NCBI GenBank assembly: GCA_004356685.1
Contig: SMWS01000042.1
Span: 1 to 32,774 of the forward strand
DNA length: 32,774 nt
Source: Deltaproteobacteria bacterium
GTDB lineage: Bacteria > Desulfobacterota_D > UBA1144 > Nemesobacterales > N074bin48
Direction of reading: 5' to 3'
Shown: positions 7,612-16,702 of the stretch, piece after piece
How positions within the stretch are numbered: the stretch's first letter is position 1
How the letters are laid out: every line of letters starts with the position of its first letter
Program-made: the position numbers and the translations under genes
Notes under the pieces: model-generated
Seen by the model: only the letters and a program-made list of their open reading frames with translations
What the model was told of the DNA's origin: nothing
Database searches by the model: none

Positions 7612-8226
7612 ATGGTTAATTTAAAAGAGCATAAAATTGTTGCAGTAATACGGGCTGATAACACCTATGAAGCTATGTCAAAAGCCGAGGCCTGTATCGA
7701 TGGAGGAATAAATGTTATCGAAATTACCTTTTCATTTCCTAAATGTTGTGAAGTGATAAAGAATTTAAAGGACAGTTGTAAAATTATAGTTGGAGCCGGA
7801 ACTGTTCTAAACATTCAAGATGCTAGAAGGGCTTTGGATTCAGGAGCCGATTTTATAGTCTCTCCACATACAGACGCCGGTATTATTAATTTTTGCAGAG
7901 AAAACAATAAAATCGTTATATCCGGCGCGTCCACGTCAAATGAAATAGTTAGTGCTTACAAACTTGGAGCAAATATGGTAAAAATATTCCCTGCAAATAT
8001 TATTGGTGGCCCTAAATATGTAAAAGCCATCAAAGAACCGCTGCCATTTGCGCAAATATTTGTTACAGGAGGGGTCAATCTAGAGAATTGCAACGAATAT
8101 ATATCTTCTGGAGCCTCACTTATTGGAGTGGCAAGCGCTCTGTTTTCAAACACAGTAAATATGGACAAAAAAAAGATAATAGAAATAAATGCACGAAAGT
8201 TTATTGAAAAAGTAAAACAAATTTGA
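7612..8226 (+). CDS. eda: KDPG / 4-hydroxy-2-oxoglutarate aldolase
   Basis: 204 aa. Motifs VIEITF, GAGTVL, GADFIVSP and VKIFPA (Schiff-base Lys context). Confidence 0.85.
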   Translation: MVNLKEHKIVAVIRADNTYEAMSKAEACIDGGINVIEITFSFPKCCEVIKNLKDSCKIIVGAGTVLNIQDARRALDSGADFIVSPHTDAGIINFCRENNKIVISGASTSNEIVSAYKLGANMVKIFPANIIGGPKYVKAIKEPLPFAQIFVTGGVNLENCNEYISSGASLIGVASALFSNTVNMDKKKIIEINARKFIEKVKQI

Positions 8227-8267
8227 TACAAGATACTTAAACCTCTATTAACGTATTATCAAAACCT

Positions 8268-9737
8268 ATGAATATTCTAATTATAACCTCAGAGCTTGAT
8301 CCACTTACAAATATAGGAGGGCTTGGAGAAGTCACCGCATCACTATCAAAAGAACTACAAAATTTGGGATGTAATGTAAAGATAGTACTGCCTTTTTACA
8401 AAAACGTAAAAACTAATTTACAAAGTCTAAATATAAAACCAAAATCCATTAAAATAAATATAACAACCTGCATAGATTGGCTCCCGTTGAATGCAAAGGT
8501 GAAAGAAGTTTCTATAAACGGGTTAGAATGTTATTTAATTGAAAATAAAGATTTATTTGATAGAAACTATATCTATAATGCTTACGGATACGACGAGGGA
8601 GATGATGACATTAGATTTGGATTCTTCTCACTATGCGCTATTGAACTTGCAAAATCTTTAAATTTTCAACCCGACATAATTCATTGCCATGACTGGCAAA
8701 CTGCCTTTGTCCCACTTTTTCTAAAATGGCGAAAACATCTAAAAGACGACCCATTTTTCAAATTATCCAAAATAATATTTACTATTCATAATCTTTATTA
8801 CCAAGGCGAATTCGATAAAAAGATTTTAGAACAATTTGGTCTGCCTGAATATTTATTTACAAATCAAAATATTGAATTAAAAGGTAAAGTAAATCTCTTA
8901 AAAGCGGGAATATTGTTTTCAGATCTTCTAACCACAGTTAGTGAAACCTACTCGAAAGAAATAATTAATCCTGATTTTGGATTTGGTCTTGATAGGATTT
9001 TGAGAAGGGTAACTCAAGACTCAAACAAAATGTACGGAATTTTAAACGGGATAGACTATAAACTCTGGGATCCTAATAATGATAAGCACATATATAAAAA
9101 TTACTTTATCGATAACATACAAAATAAACAATTTAACAAAACAAAGCTCAAAGAAGAATTTAATTTAGACCAAAGTGAAGATAAACCTATTATCGGTGTC
9201 ATATCCAAACTCACAGACCAAAGAGGGATACAGCTAATTATAGAGTCCCTCCCACAAATAATAGACCTTGGATTTCAGCTTTTTATACTAGGAATTGGTG
9301 ATTCGAAATTCCACAAATCATTATTACAACAAAAAAAGAAATTTCAGGGGAATTTATGCTTAATTCTCAGGCAGGATGAAACCATAGCAAGAAAGGTTTA
9401 TTCCGGAGCCGATATGATTTTAATGCCTTCACGTTTTGAACCCTGCGGTTTAGTACAAATGATTGCACTTAGGTATGGAACTATTCCTGTAGTCAGGTCA
9501 ACGGGAGGTTTGGTTGATACGGTAAGAGATTATAATGATAATAATAAGCCCACTGGGTTTACTTTTAAGCAGTTTTCTAAGGTTAACCTTCTTGATACAC
9601 TTATAAGAGCAATTACAGTTTACGAACACAAAAATGAGTGGAAAAAGCTTATAAAAAATGCTATGCAAGAAGATTATTCCTGGAAAGTCTCTGCCCGGAA
9701 GTATTATGATTTGTACGAAAAAACCATAAATAATTGA
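8268..9737 (+). CDS. glgA: Glycogen (starch) synthase, GT5
   Basis: 489 aa. N-terminal SELDPLTNIGGLGEV, HCHDWQTA and C-terminal PSRFEPCGL..M..RYGT.PVVR..GGL.DTV. Confidence 0.9.
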   Translation: MNILIITSELDPLTNIGGLGEVTASLSKELQNLGCNVKIVLPFYKNVKTNLQSLNIKPKSIKINITTCIDWLPLNAKVKEVSINGLECYLIENKDLFDRNYIYNAYGYDEGDDDIRFGFFSLCAIELAKSLNFQPDIIHCHDWQTAFVPLFLKWRKHLKDDPFFKLSKIIFTIHNLYYQGEFDKKILEQFGLPEYLFTNQNIELKGKVNLLKAGILFSDLLTTVSETYSKEIINPDFGFGLDRILRRVTQDSNKMYGILNGIDYKLWDPNNDKHIYKNYFIDNIQNKQFNKTKLKEEFNLDQSEDKPIIGVISKLTDQRGIQLIIESLPQIIDLGFQLFILGIGDSKFHKSLLQQKKKFQGNLCLILRQDETIARKVYSGADMILMPSRFEPCGLVQMIALRYGTIPVVRSTGGLVDTVRDYNDNNKPTGFTFKQFSKVNLLDTLIRAITVYEHKNEWKKLIKNAMQEDYSWKVSARKYYDLYEKTINN

Positions 9738-9753
9738 TTGAGGGCTTTAGATT

Positions 9754-10056
9754 TTAAATCTCGTAATCAACCACCGCTCTGTCATCTCTTATTTCGTTAA
9801 CAAAATCTACTACTTTTACATGGTCAGGGTGTTTTTGATACGCTTGCAAATCTTGTAGTGAATCAAACTCCGAATACAGGACAACATCGTATGCCGCAGA
9901 AGATTTGTTGAAATTAATTCCTACTTCAATTTGTTTAATTACGCTAATTTTATTTTTTAAATCCTCGAGCACGGATTTTAGCTCTAACGCATTTTGATCT
10001 TTACTGGTTCCACGTGCAGAGTCTTTTAGTTTCCACATAACAATGTGTTTAATCAT
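9754..10056 (-). CDS. Dabb (stress-responsive A/B barrel) family protein
   Basis: 100 aa. MIKHIVMWKLKD... and ..YQKHPDHVKV pattern. A strong SD (GGAGGG) lies upstream of the ATG. Confidence 0.75.
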   Translation of the reverse strand: MIKHIVMWKLKDSARGTSKDQNALELKSVLEDLKNKISVIKQIEVGINFNKSSAAYDVVLYSEFDSLQDLQAYQKHPDHVKVVDFVNEIRDDRAVVDYEI

Positions 10057-10286
10057 TTATCCCTCCAAAGATTTTTTTTATCGAAAAATTAACTGAATAC
10101 TAATAATTTGCTAATTATGACTATAACAATAAATTAGATTCTAAAATAATTGAATACAACTATACGACAAAACAAGCAAGTAAGGATTTAACAAACTAGC
10201 AACTTATACTAAATTAATCCATTAGTTATTATTTTTGTTATATCTTAATCTTTGATGATGAGTTTTTTTGCCATTTGTATAGTCAT

Positions 10287-11270
10287 TTAATTCAACAAGT
10301 GGGAAACAAACTGATCGGATATTGATTTCCAGCTTTTAGAATTTGCAAATTCTAAAGCATTTTTAGAAAGGTAATTATATTTCCCAAATATTTTCTCGAT
10401 GTTTTCAGTTAAGCTATCACCCAAATAACCTGTAACTCCGTTTTCTATTACATCACAAGGGCTAGGCACATCATATGCAGCAACTGGAAGACCACAAGCC
10501 ATTGCCTCCAGGATTACTAACCCATAAGTATCATGCTTACTCGGAAATACAAAGACACGAGCCTTGCCGTACCATTTAGGCAGTTCTTTATGGTCAACAA
10601 AACCTGTGTATATCACATCGGAATATTTATTCTTCAAAGTATTCAAATATGGTCCATCACCAACAAGAATCTTATTGTATCCTTTGATTGAACAGAAATC
10701 ATCCAGGTTCTTATCTTTACTTACTCTTCCAACAAATATTATCGCATTTTCATTCCCACTGTTACTTTTATCTTTATTATTAAAGATTGATGTATCTACG
10801 CCTCTGCCCCATATTACAGAATTTTTAAATTTAAGCTGTTTTTCAATGCTCTTTGTACTAACTAAAACTCTGCTGCTTGTGGAATGAAACCATTTGATAT
10901 AGGCCATTGTAATAATTTTGGGAACCTTATATAAAACCCAGCCATAATCAGCAAGCTGTGTATGATATGATGTATTGAATTTTATATTATATTTTTTACA
11001 ATAATATCTGGCAGCAACTCCAAGACTGCCTTCTGTAGCTATATGAACTCTATCAGGCTTTTGCTGATCTAAATATCTTCTTACTACTTCAAATGGGTTT
11101 TTAAGTATTGGTATATTATAATAAAGATTAAATAAAGTCTTTGCCCCCTCAATCTTTGGATGCAAAATAAAAATATCATGATCAGTTATATTACTGATAA
11201 CGTTTTGCAGTGTATAAACCACCCCGTTCACCTGGGGTTTCCAGGCGTCGGTAACAAGCATTATTTTCAT
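10287..11270 (-). CDS. Glycosyltransferase, GT4 family
   Basis: 327 aa. N-terminal MLVTDAWKPQVNGVV and C-terminal VFVFPS..DTYGLVILEAMACGLPV (E-x7-E type). Confidence 0.8.
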   Translation of the reverse strand: MKIMLVTDAWKPQVNGVVYTLQNVISNITDHDIFILHPKIEGAKTLFNLYYNIPILKNPFEVVRRYLDQQKPDRVHIATEGSLGVAARYYCKKYNIKFNTSYHTQLADYGWVLYKVPKIITMAYIKWFHSTSSRVLVSTKSIEKQLKFKNSVIWGRGVDTSIFNNKDKSNSGNENAIIFVGRVSKDKNLDDFCSIKGYNKILVGDGPYLNTLKNKYSDVIYTGFVDHKELPKWYGKARVFVFPSKHDTYGLVILEAMACGLPVAAYDVPSPCDVIENGVTGYLGDSLTENIEKIFGKYNYLSKNALEFANSKSWKSISDQFVSHLLN

Positions 11271-11431
11271 TAAAAATTCCTTAGCACAAGGTTTGAATGT
11301 GAATACTTAAGTCCAATACCCCCATTCTTTGCTGCGCCATTTGTCAGGCATTATATATAAAAATAATAAAGAGCATATAGCAAGGGAAAGTGTTAAATGA
11401 AAATTAAACTTAAATTAAATATAAAACCAAA

Positions 11432-11459
11432 AATTAATAATTAATAATTAATAATTAAA
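11432..11459. repeat. 7-bp AT microsatellite, (AATTAAT) x3 plus one degenerate copy
   Basis: Read directly as aattaat aattaat aattaat aattaaa, in the intergenic region between the GT4 gene and the methyltransferase gene. Confidence 0.7.
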
Positions 11460-11489
11460 TAAATTAGATTAACCAGACTTTATATTAGT

Positions 11490-11930
11490 TTAGTGTATAA
11501 ATGGGATTAGCCGTTTTGTACCTCTTTTATAAATCAAATAGTCAGAGTTTCTATCTATTATTAATTTTTCCTCATAAACTAACTTTATATAAAGATCGAT
11601 AAATAAAATAATCCAAATAGCGATTCTTATAATAGAAAGGTCGTCTAAAACTATCATTAATGTGGTAAGTAGCAAGCATGAATACATAGGGTGCCTTATA
11701 ATCTTATAAGGACCTTTTGCAACTAATCTCGAATCCTTTGGAAAATTTGGTGTGAGTCGAAAATTTTTAAAATTGATTATCCACAGTGCCCATATACCAA
11801 GTGAAAGTGCGAGAACAAAAACTATCTGCAAAGGGAAACTACGTGGAACTAATCTTCCTGTTAGCAGTATCAAAGCAATACAGATTAGCTGGATTATAAC
11901 TAAAATTATGGATTTAAAATCTATATGCAT
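11490..11930 (-). CDS. Isoprenylcysteine carboxyl methyltransferase (ICMT)/phospholipid methyltransferase-family membrane protein
   Basis: 146 aa, with about 4 hydrophobic helices. GPYKIIRHPMY motif. Confidence 0.65.
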   Translation of the reverse strand: MHIDFKSIILVIIQLICIALILLTGRLVPRSFPLQIVFVLALSLGIWALWIINFKNFRLTPNFPKDSRLVAKGPYKIIRHPMYSCLLLTTLMIVLDDLSIIRIAIWIILFIDLYIKLVYEEKLIIDRNSDYLIYKRGTKRLIPFIH

Positions 11931-12094
11931 AAATTATGCTAATAATTTAAAAAGCTCTAATAGTCATTTAACTTCAAACCTTAATATCATTGATCTCTTT
12001 CATATAATCAAACATCTATACAGAATAAAATATAAGTTTTGTAATTAATAAATCTACATTTTTTAGCCCAATACTGCTAAACAAAAGGCGTTAA

Positions 12095-12487
12095 CTATCT
12101 ATTACATTCCTTGGAACTAACAATTAACCAAACATTTTTTTTAGTCCACCTGCCCCAACTCGGAGCTACCATTACGAACATTTTATTAATAGATTTCCCA
12201 AAAAGCTTAAATGTAATTTTATACCTGGATTGCTTCACTATAATTAAATCACCTGAATCTATAATATCTTTTTTAGCAAAATCTTCGTTAATTTCATTAT
12301 TTAGAATTTTATTAATTAAATGTTCAGTGCTAAACAGATCAGTTTCTATGGCTATTTGTCTATTTAAGTTATCAAATGAGTTACAGTTGGGTAGGTACCA
12401 CTTCTTTATTTCGATTTTTGCAGAATTAAAAATTAAAATTAATTTATTTTTATAATTTATTATATAGAAATTATCTGTTTCGCTCAT
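12095..12487 (-). CDS. Hypothetical protein
   Basis: 130 aa ORF co-oriented with coaX and overlapping its 3' end by 17 nt. No motif recognised. Confidence 0.4.
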   Translation of the reverse strand: MSETDNFYIINYKNKLILIFNSAKIEIKKWYLPNCNSFDNLNRQIAIETDLFSTEHLINKILNNEINEDFAKKDIIDSGDLIIVKQSRYKITFKLFGKSINKMFVMVAPSWGRWTKKNVWLIVSSKECNR

Positions 12488-13235
12488 AAATAATCCAGAG
12501 TCCCTTCAAAGCCAAATGTTCATCGATTTGTTCAATAGTATCACTCTCTTTTGAAATCAAATTAGCAAGTCCACCGGTAGCTAAAACTTTTGTACCGCTA
12601 CCCAATTCCAGCTTTATCCTGCCGACTATCCCATCTACAAGACCCGCATAACCATAAATGAGTCCTGATTGAATGCTCTGCACAGTGGTTTTTCCTATTA
12701 CATTTTCAGGTTTTTTGATTTCTACTTTTGGCAGTTTAGAGGCAGAGTCAAACAAAGCCTCAGAAGATATAATGATTCCCGGGGTTATTACTCCTCCTAG
12801 ATATTCGCCCTTTTTAGAAACACAATCAAACGTAGTTGCAGTACCAAAATCTACTATAACAAGGCTGGTTTTATATTCTTCATATGCCCCGATCGCATTA
12901 ACAATCCTATCTGCCCCTACTTCCTGAGGATTTTTATATAGTATCTGCATACCAGATTTAATGCCAGGGCCTACAACCATAGGTTTTATATCAAAATACT
13001 TCTCAATACATTGAACCAAAGTTTCCTGTAACGCGGGGACAACACATGAAATAACGGAGCCACAAAGTTTAGTTAAATCTACTTTCTTATATTCAAATAG
13101 GTTTCTTAACAACACCCCATATTCATCAAATGTCCTAGTTCTATCGGTCCCAATTCTCCAGAAATTATGAATATTCTTATTATTAATCAAACCAACAACA
13201 ATATTTGTATTTCCAATATCGATAGCTAATAACAT
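12471..13235 (-). CDS. coaX: Type III pantothenate kinase
   Basis: 254 aa. Motifs LAIDIGNTN, GADR, VDFGTATT and ATGGLA. Confidence 0.9.
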   Translation of the reverse strand: MLLAIDIGNTNIVVGLINNKNIHNFWRIGTDRTRTFDEYGVLLRNLFEYKKVDLTKLCGSVISCVVPALQETLVQCIEKYFDIKPMVVGPGIKSGMQILYKNPQEVGADRIVNAIGAYEEYKTSLVIVDFGTATTFDCVSKKGEYLGGVITPGIIISSEALFDSASKLPKVEIKKPENVIGKTTVQSIQSGLIYGYAGLVDGIVGRIKLELGSGTKVLATGGLANLISKESDTIEQIDEHLALKGLWIIYERNR

Positions 13236-13411
13236 TATTGTTCTATCACCTTATTATTTAGAAACTTCCTATAAGGGATCCCTATATCAATGAAACAATT
13301 AATTTTAAAAATCTTATATTCTTATTATTATGTTATGCAAGATAATCATAGCAGTAATCATTATAAATTAAAATTTATGAATAAGTAAATTTCATATTAT
13401 AACAATGTATC

Positions 13412-13439
13412 TTGACTAAATACAAGCAATCGTTAAGTT
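13412..13439 (+). promoter_or_regulatory. Candidate sigma-70 promoter for miaB (TTGACT-16 nt-TAAGTT)
   Basis: TTGACT at 13412..13417 and TAAGTT at 13434..13439. The -10 ends 10 nt before the miaB ATG, and no SD is visible, so the mRNA would be nearly leaderless. The -10 is weak. Confidence 0.25.
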
Positions 13440-13449
13440 CTATATTCAA

Positions 13450-14748
13450 ATGTCTGAAAAATATCTATACATAGAAACATATGGCTGTCAGATGAATGAC
13501 TATGATTCCGAAAGAATCAAAAACGTCATTGGCATACCGGAGACCAAAGATCCCAGCAAAGCAGACATAATCATTATAAATACATGTGCAATAAGAGCAA
13601 AGGCCGATCAAAAAGCCTTGAGCAGCCTCGGAAAATTCAAAAATCTTAAAAAAAACAATCCTAATTTAATTGTTGGCATGACGGGGTGTGTAGCGCAACT
13701 CTATGGTAAAAAGCTTCTAAGTAATGCACCTCATCTAGACTTTGTTCTCGGCCCAAGATCTATTCCCAAACTTCCTGAGATCATAAATAATATAGAAATT
13801 GAAAAAACAAGGATAGTAGAAACATCCTATGATGTTGAGGAACCCTTTGAAATAATGCCATATCATGACAAAGGTAAAGTAACCTCGTTTTTATCAATTC
13901 AGCAGGGTTGCAATAAGACTTGTACCTACTGCATAGTACCTACTGTAAGGGGTAAAGAGATAAACAGGCCAGCAGATGATATACTTTTAGAAGCTAACTA
14001 TCTAATACAAAAAGGAGTAAAAGAAATCACTCTAATTGGACAAACAGTAAACTCATGGAAAAGCAATGGACTAAAATTTTCTGATTTACTCAATTTAGTA
14101 GGTGAATTAGAATCTTTGGAAAGGATTAGGTTTACTACATCTTACCCCAGGGATTGTACAAAAAAATTAATCAAGGCTATGAAAACAAACCCCAAGGTCT
14201 GCAGCCATATTCATCTTCCAGTCCAGTCGGGATCGAATAATATACTTTCAAAAATGAACAGGACTTATACCAGTCAGTGGTATTTAGATGTTGTTAACCG
14301 TTTGAAAGACGAAATCGCAGATATGGCTGTTTCATCTGATATAATAGTAGGTTTTCCAGGTGAAACAGAAAAAGACTTTGAGCAAACATTAAAATTAATT
14401 GAAGAAGTAGAGTTTGACACGTGCTTTTCATTTAAATATTCCCCCAGGCCCGGAACACCGGCAGCTGTGATGGAAAATTTTATAGATAGTGATATAGCAG
14501 GTAAGAGACTGTCTATACTGCAGGAATTTCAGAGAAAAATCACATATAAGAAAAATGAAGAAAGGGCTGGCAAAATAGAAGAAGTATTGGTTGAGGGCAT
14601 AAGCAAAAACGATCCTGAAAACTTGATGGGAAGAACATCTCAAAACAGGATTGTAAACTTTGCCGCAAAAAACAACCTTGTTGGAAGGCTAGTTAATGTA
14701 AAAATAAATAATGGCTTTCAAAATTCACTATTAGGCACTATAATATAA
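13450..14748 (+). CDS. miaB: tRNA-2-methylthio-N6-dimethylallyladenosine synthase
   Basis: 432 aa. N-terminal YIETYGCQMN, radical-SAM CNKTCTYC, and a C-terminal TRAM region. Confidence 0.9.
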   Translation: MSEKYLYIETYGCQMNDYDSERIKNVIGIPETKDPSKADIIIINTCAIRAKADQKALSSLGKFKNLKKNNPNLIVGMTGCVAQLYGKKLLSNAPHLDFVLGPRSIPKLPEIINNIEIEKTRIVETSYDVEEPFEIMPYHDKGKVTSFLSIQQGCNKTCTYCIVPTVRGKEINRPADDILLEANYLIQKGVKEITLIGQTVNSWKSNGLKFSDLLNLVGELESLERIRFTTSYPRDCTKKLIKAMKTNPKVCSHIHLPVQSGSNNILSKMNRTYTSQWYLDVVNRLKDEIADMAVSSDIIVGFPGETEKDFEQTLKLIEEVEFDTCFSFKYSPRPGTPAAVMENFIDSDIAGKRLSILQEFQRKITYKKNEERAGKIEEVLVEGISKNDPENLMGRTSQNRIVNFAAKNNLVGRLVNVKINNGFQNSLLGTII

Positions 14749-14764
14749 TAGGAGGCGGCATATT

Positions 14765-15244
14765 ATGTTACATGAAATGAAAGTTAGTGGTATTGCTATC
14801 GATCCGTTCACAAACACCCCTATAATAATATTAAAAAATTTAAAGGGAGATAAAATGCTACCTATTTGGATAGGATTTATGGAAGCAAGTTCTATTGCAA
14901 TGGAACTCGAAAAAATCCCAAGGCTAAGACCATTAACTCATGATTTATTAAAAAACATATTAGACGATCTTAAGTATTCAGTCAGTAGAGTAGAACTTAC
15001 AGATTTGAAAGATAACACCTATTATGCAGCAATTCATTTAAAAAAAATGGATGATGTACACATTTTTGATTCAAGACCAAGCGATGCTATTGCAATTGCA
15101 ATAAGAACGCGTTCTCAAATTTTTGTACACGACTGTGTCCTGCAAAGTTCTAAACAGATTCAGGCTATCGATGAAGATAAAGAAAAACTTGCAGAAATGC
15201 TAGATAAAATACCACCTGGGAATTTTGGCAAATACAAGATGTAA
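14765..15244 (+). CDS. Bifunctional nuclease (BFN/DUF151) family protein
   Basis: 159 aa. Motifs PIWIG..EA..I, RPLTHDL and DSRPSDAIAIA. Confidence 0.8.
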   Translation: MLHEMKVSGIAIDPFTNTPIIILKNLKGDKMLPIWIGFMEASSIAMELEKIPRLRPLTHDLLKNILDDLKYSVSRVELTDLKDNTYYAAIHLKKMDDVHIFDSRPSDAIAIAIRTRSQIFVHDCVLQSSKQIQAIDEDKEKLAEMLDKIPPGNFGKYKM

Positions 15245-15254
15245 GGCAGAAAGT

Positions 15255-16679
15255 TCAACTATTAGAACTTTCTTCAAAAACCAGACTGTTTTCATTATTA
15301 CCTTCCCCTCCAATATCGTGTTTAACAAGTCTGTACCTAAGAGATCTTAGTGTAATGCCCAATTTTTTTGCGGCCTCCGTTTTATTACCGCCGGTCGATC
15401 CAAGTGTTTTCAGCAACATCTTTTTTTCTATCTTATCAAGTAAAGAATCAAGATTAGTATCAGATGATAAGTCATCTCCTATTTCAACATAGTCCTTGCC
15501 ACTTACAAGCGGGGGTAGAGTTTCGTGTTTGATTATATTGGTCGATTCTAAAGCTATAGATCTTGCAATTATATTTTCTAATTCCCTGACGTTTCCCGGA
15601 TAATCATAATTTTCTAAAATTTCTAAAGCCTTTGGCGAAATACCCCTTATTTCTTTCCCCATTTCATCTGAATATTTGTTTACAAAGCTAATAGCAAGCG
15701 GAGATATATCTTCTCTTCTATCTCTTAGTGGTGGCAAATGTATTCTAATAACATTTAATCTGTAATACAAATCTTCTCTAAACCTCCCTCCCGAAATTTC
15801 ATCTTCTAAAATTTTGTTTGTAGCGGCAATAACTCTAAGGTCAATAGAGGTTGTCTCCACTGTACCAAGTGGTCTAATTTCTTTTTCTTCTATAACTCTT
15901 AGAATCTTAACCTGCAAATGTATTGGCAGGTCTGCTATTTCATCAAGGAATATAGTTCCTTTATCAGCTTCTGCAAATAACCCTTTTTTATCTCTTATAG
16001 CACCTGTAAATGAACCTCTCTTATAACCAAAAAACTCACTTTCAATTAATGTTTCTGGAATTGCTCCGCAATTAACAGGTACAAAGGATCCCTGGCTTCT
16101 GTTTCCGGCATAATGAATTGCTCTTGCAACAAGTTCTTTACCAGAACCACTTTCCCCTGTTATTAGTATGTTTACATTTAATTCTGCAACCCTTTTAATT
16201 AATTCAAAAACCTGTAGAATGGCCGGGCTTCTGCCAATTATATTGCCAAATCCAAATTTATTTTCTAATTCACGTTTAAGTCTTGTATTTTCGGTAACTA
16301 ACCTTTTCTTTTCAAGTGCTTTTTTTATAACTAACTTTATTTCATCAATTTTGAAGGGTTTAGTGATATAGTCATAAGCACCGTGCTTCATCGCCTCAAC
16401 TGCAGATTCATGAGAGGCAAACGCTGTAATCATTATTACAGTAGTATCCGGGGCTTTTTCATTGATTTTTTTCAGTAGATCAAGGCCATCCATGGTTGGC
16501 ATCTGCACATCAATAATAGCTAGGTCAAACATCTGCGAGTTGATTTTCTCCTCTGCCTGCCTGCCATCACCTGCAGTAACAACACTATAGCCATCTTTTT
16601 GAAGCATTATTTCCAGGAACTCCCGCATTCCTGGTTCATCATCTACAACAATTATTCTTCCCCCACTAACTCGCCCCAT
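15255..16679 (-). CDS. pilR: Sigma-54-dependent response regulator (NtrC family), PilR-type
   Basis: 474 aa. Receiver domain (DD..D..MP), AAA+ domain with GESGSGKE, GAFTGA variant (GSFTGA) and ESEFFG, plus a C-terminal Fis-type HTH. It lies immediately downstream of a PilS-like kinase in the pil cluster. SD GGGAGG upstream. Confidence 0.85.
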   Translation of the reverse strand: MGRVSGGRIIVVDDEPGMREFLEIMLQKDGYSVVTAGDGRQAEEKINSQMFDLAIIDVQMPTMDGLDLLKKINEKAPDTTVIMITAFASHESAVEAMKHGAYDYITKPFKIDEIKLVIKKALEKKRLVTENTRLKRELENKFGFGNIIGRSPAILQVFELIKRVAELNVNILITGESGSGKELVARAIHYAGNRSQGSFVPVNCGAIPETLIESEFFGYKRGSFTGAIRDKKGLFAEADKGTIFLDEIADLPIHLQVKILRVIEEKEIRPLGTVETTSIDLRVIAATNKILEDEISGGRFREDLYYRLNVIRIHLPPLRDRREDISPLAISFVNKYSDEMGKEIRGISPKALEILENYDYPGNVRELENIIARSIALESTNIIKHETLPPLVSGKDYVEIGDDLSSDTNLDSLLDKIEKKMLLKTLGSTGGNKTEAAKKLGITLRSLRYRLVKHDIGGEGNNENSLVFEESSNS

Positions 16680-16702
16680 TTACTGCCTCCCGAAAATATA
16701 AA

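Noticed and set aside
11397-11444. Lysine-rich 15-aa ORF (MKIKLKLNIKPKINN*) with an AGGGA upstream, running into the AATTAAT microsatellite.
   Set aside because: It is low-complexity AT-rich sequence, and its composition is indistinguishable from the surrounding non-coding DNA.
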